Positions 62,452 to 64,000 of a DNA stretch of 64,000 bases are shown piece after piece. The notes beneath the pieces were generated by a model. The model was not told the origin of the DNA, did not search any database, and was given only the letters and a program-made list of their open reading frames with translations. Position numbers and translations under genes: made by a program. Within the stretch, counting starts at the first letter, position 1. Each line of letters begins with the position of its first letter. This DNA is from Phycisphaerae bacterium (GTDB taxonomy: Bacteria > Planctomycetota > Phycisphaerae > Sedimentisphaerales > Anaerobacaceae): contig JAGOLX010000015.1 in NCBI GenBank assembly GCA_017993835.1, positions 38,454 to 102,453 on the forward strand, written 5' to 3'.

Positions 62452-64000
62452 ATGCAGCGACGGATCACGCTGTGTCTGATCTTCTATTCGAGCGTCCTGT
62501 GTGGATGGGTCGATGCACAACCCCGGCCCGAGCACGGCCTTCACTACACCGAGCCCGCTCAGGTGTGGGACGAAGCCATGCCCTTGGGCAACGGCCTGCT
62601 CGGCGCCCTCGTCTGGGGCGACGGCAAACCCCTGCGAATCTCGCTGGATCGCACGGACCTGTGGGACCTGCGCCCGGTCCCGGAGTTCCATTCGGGCGAC
62701 TATTCCTACAAGACGATGCGACAATGGGTCCAGGAGGGTCGGATTCAGGATCTGCATCGGTTGTACGACGATCCCTATGGCAACCCCGGCCCGACGAAGA
62801 TCCCCGCCGGACGCATCGAGTTGACGTTTGATGACGACTGTGCGTTCAAAGACGCGACGCTCGACCTCGCTGGGGCAACCTCCGAGATGCGATTCACAAA
62901 CGAGGTCGCGGTGCGGATCTTCGTACACGCGAAACAACCGCTCGGCGTGATTCAGGTCACAGCTCGCAAACCGGCCTCGGTCTCGCTGATCGCGCCGCCT
63001 TTCGCCGGCAAGGTCACCGAGGAGGCGGGGGCAGGCAAGATCAGCGCCGGCGACCTGGCCACCCTGCGGTATGAGGCGCCCATCGAGCAACATGGCGACA
63101 ACTGGACCGGATACCTGCAGAAGGGTTGGGGCGGCTTCAACTTCGCGGTAGCCCTTGCCTGGAGGCAGTCGAACGAAGGCTGGCTCGGCGTCTGGTCGAT
63201 CGCGACGTCCATGGAATCGCGCGACCCGCTGGCGACAGCGAGGAAACGCTGCGTGACGGCGCTTCGACGCAGACCCGATGCCTTGGCACGGACCCACCGC
63301 CAGTGGTGGACCTGCTACTGGGATCGGGCTTCGATTTCTGTGCCAAACCCGGTGATCGAGCGACAGTGGTATCTGGAGACCTACAAGTTCGGCTCCGCCG
63401 CGAGGGCGGGTACACCGCCGATCACGCTGCAAGGGCCCTGGACCGCAGACGACATGAAGATCCCGCCGTGGAAGGGCGACTACCATCACGATCTGAACAC
63501 GCAACTGAGCTACTGGCCCGCCTACAGCGGCAACCGGCTCGACGGTGCCTCGGGCTACGTGAACTGGCTCTGGGAGACGAGAGACAATGCCCGCGAATGG
63601 ACGAAGCGGTTCTTCGATCTGCCCGGCCTGAACGTGCCCATGACCGCGGACCTGGAGCAGAACCAGATCGGCGGCTGGCACCAGTACACGCACTCCGCGA
63701 CGACGAGCGCCTGGCTCGCTCATCACTTCTGGCTGCAATGGCGATACGGCATGGACCGCCGGTTTCTCAGGGAGCGCGTCTATCCGTGGTTCCGAGACAC
63801 ATCGATTTTCCTGGAGGCGGTGACGGAGAAAGGCCCGGACGGTAAACGGACGCTCCCGTTGAGTTCGTCTCCCGAGATCAACGACAATCGCCTGGATGCG
63901 TGGTTCCCCTCGATCACCAACTACGACCTGGCACTGATTCGATGGACGTTCGAGCGGACCGCCGAACTGGCTGGACTGCTTGGGAAGAAGCAGGACGCGG
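62452..64000 (+). CDS. GH95-like glycoside hydrolase (alpha-L-fucosidase family), 3' end outside the window
   Basis: Not in the ORF track because no stop is reached. By my own translation the frame is open from the ATG at 62452 (GGAGGA RBS) to 64000. Signal peptide. N-terminal WDEAMPLGNGLLGALVWGDG...ISLDRTDLW and GDYHHDLNTQLSYWP match the GH95 pattern as I remember it. Confidence 0.75.
   Translation, partial: MQRRITLCLIFYSSVLCGWVDAQPRPEHGLHYTEPAQVWDEAMPLGNGLLGALVWGDGKPLRISLDRTDLWDLRPVPEFHSGDYSYKTMRQWVQEGRIQDLHRLYDDPYGNPGPTKIPAGRIELTFDDDCAFKDATLDLAGATSEMRFTNEVAVRIFVHAKQPLGVIQVTARKPASVSLIAPPFAGKVTEEAGAGKISAGDLATLRYEAPIEQHGDNWTGYLQKGWGGFNFAVALAWRQSNEGWLGVWSIATSMESRDPLATARKRCVTALRRRPDALARTHRQWWTCYWDRASISVPNPVIERQWYLETYKFGSAARAGTPPITLQGPWTADDMKIPPWKGDYHHDLNTQLSYWPAYSGNRLDGASGYVNWLWETRDNAREWTKRFFDLPGLNVPMTADLEQNQIGGWHQYTHSATTSAWLAHHFWLQWRYGMDRRFLRERVYPWFRDTSIFLEAVTEKGPDGKRTLPLSSSPEINDNRLDAWFPSITNYDLALIRWTFERTAELAGLLGKKQDA

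Overview
This is a 64-kb, high-GC (roughly 60-65% by eye), gene-dense chromosomal window. It looks like a PVC-superphylum bacterium, Planctomycetota/Phycisphaerae-like. That assignment is inferred from gene content only: PEP-CTERM proteins, giant LamG/PA14 secreted proteins, Tat-signal Gfo/Idh/MocA oxidoreductases, a large GspG-like pseudopilin and a MoxR-DUF58-BatA-DUF4159 operon. I call 43 protein genes (2 truncated by the window edges, 1 interrupted by an in-frame TGA), one tRNA-Arg(CCT), several sigma70-like promoters and hairpin terminators, and three families of short palindromic repeats. Main blocks: (i) ECF sigma/anti-sigma plus two tandem PEP-CTERM paralogues (0.4-4 kb). (ii) Small-metabolism and CAZyme-like genes (4-13 kb). 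(iii) An 11.3-kb translationally coupled MoxR AAA+ operon with three MIDAS/vWA proteins, a 1110-aa membrane protein, a caspase-like protein and DUF4159 (13.7-25 kb). (iv) A sugar-catabolic cluster and GH2/GH36 pair between LamG-type giants (25-41 kb). (v) Oxidoreductases, pseudopilin, beta-helix protein and a second ECF module (41-52 kb). (vi) lexA-DUF72-dnaE2 followed by an aldo/keto reductase and a GH95 fragment (56-64 kb). The most unusual observations are: a ~268-bp inverted-repeat-bounded element sitting in-frame inside dnaE2; a dispersed GTCATTCCCGCG-N4-CGGGAATCC palindromic element family confined to intergenic regions; a second hairpin family with co-varying stems; an in-frame TGA in a sugar-phosphate isomerase gene; and a four-member family of secreted proteins built from a repeated ~90-aa YYWRVDE module. 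No CRISPR array, integrase, transposase, phage genes or recognisable defence system were seen. All functional calls come from motif recognition by eye, not from database searches.
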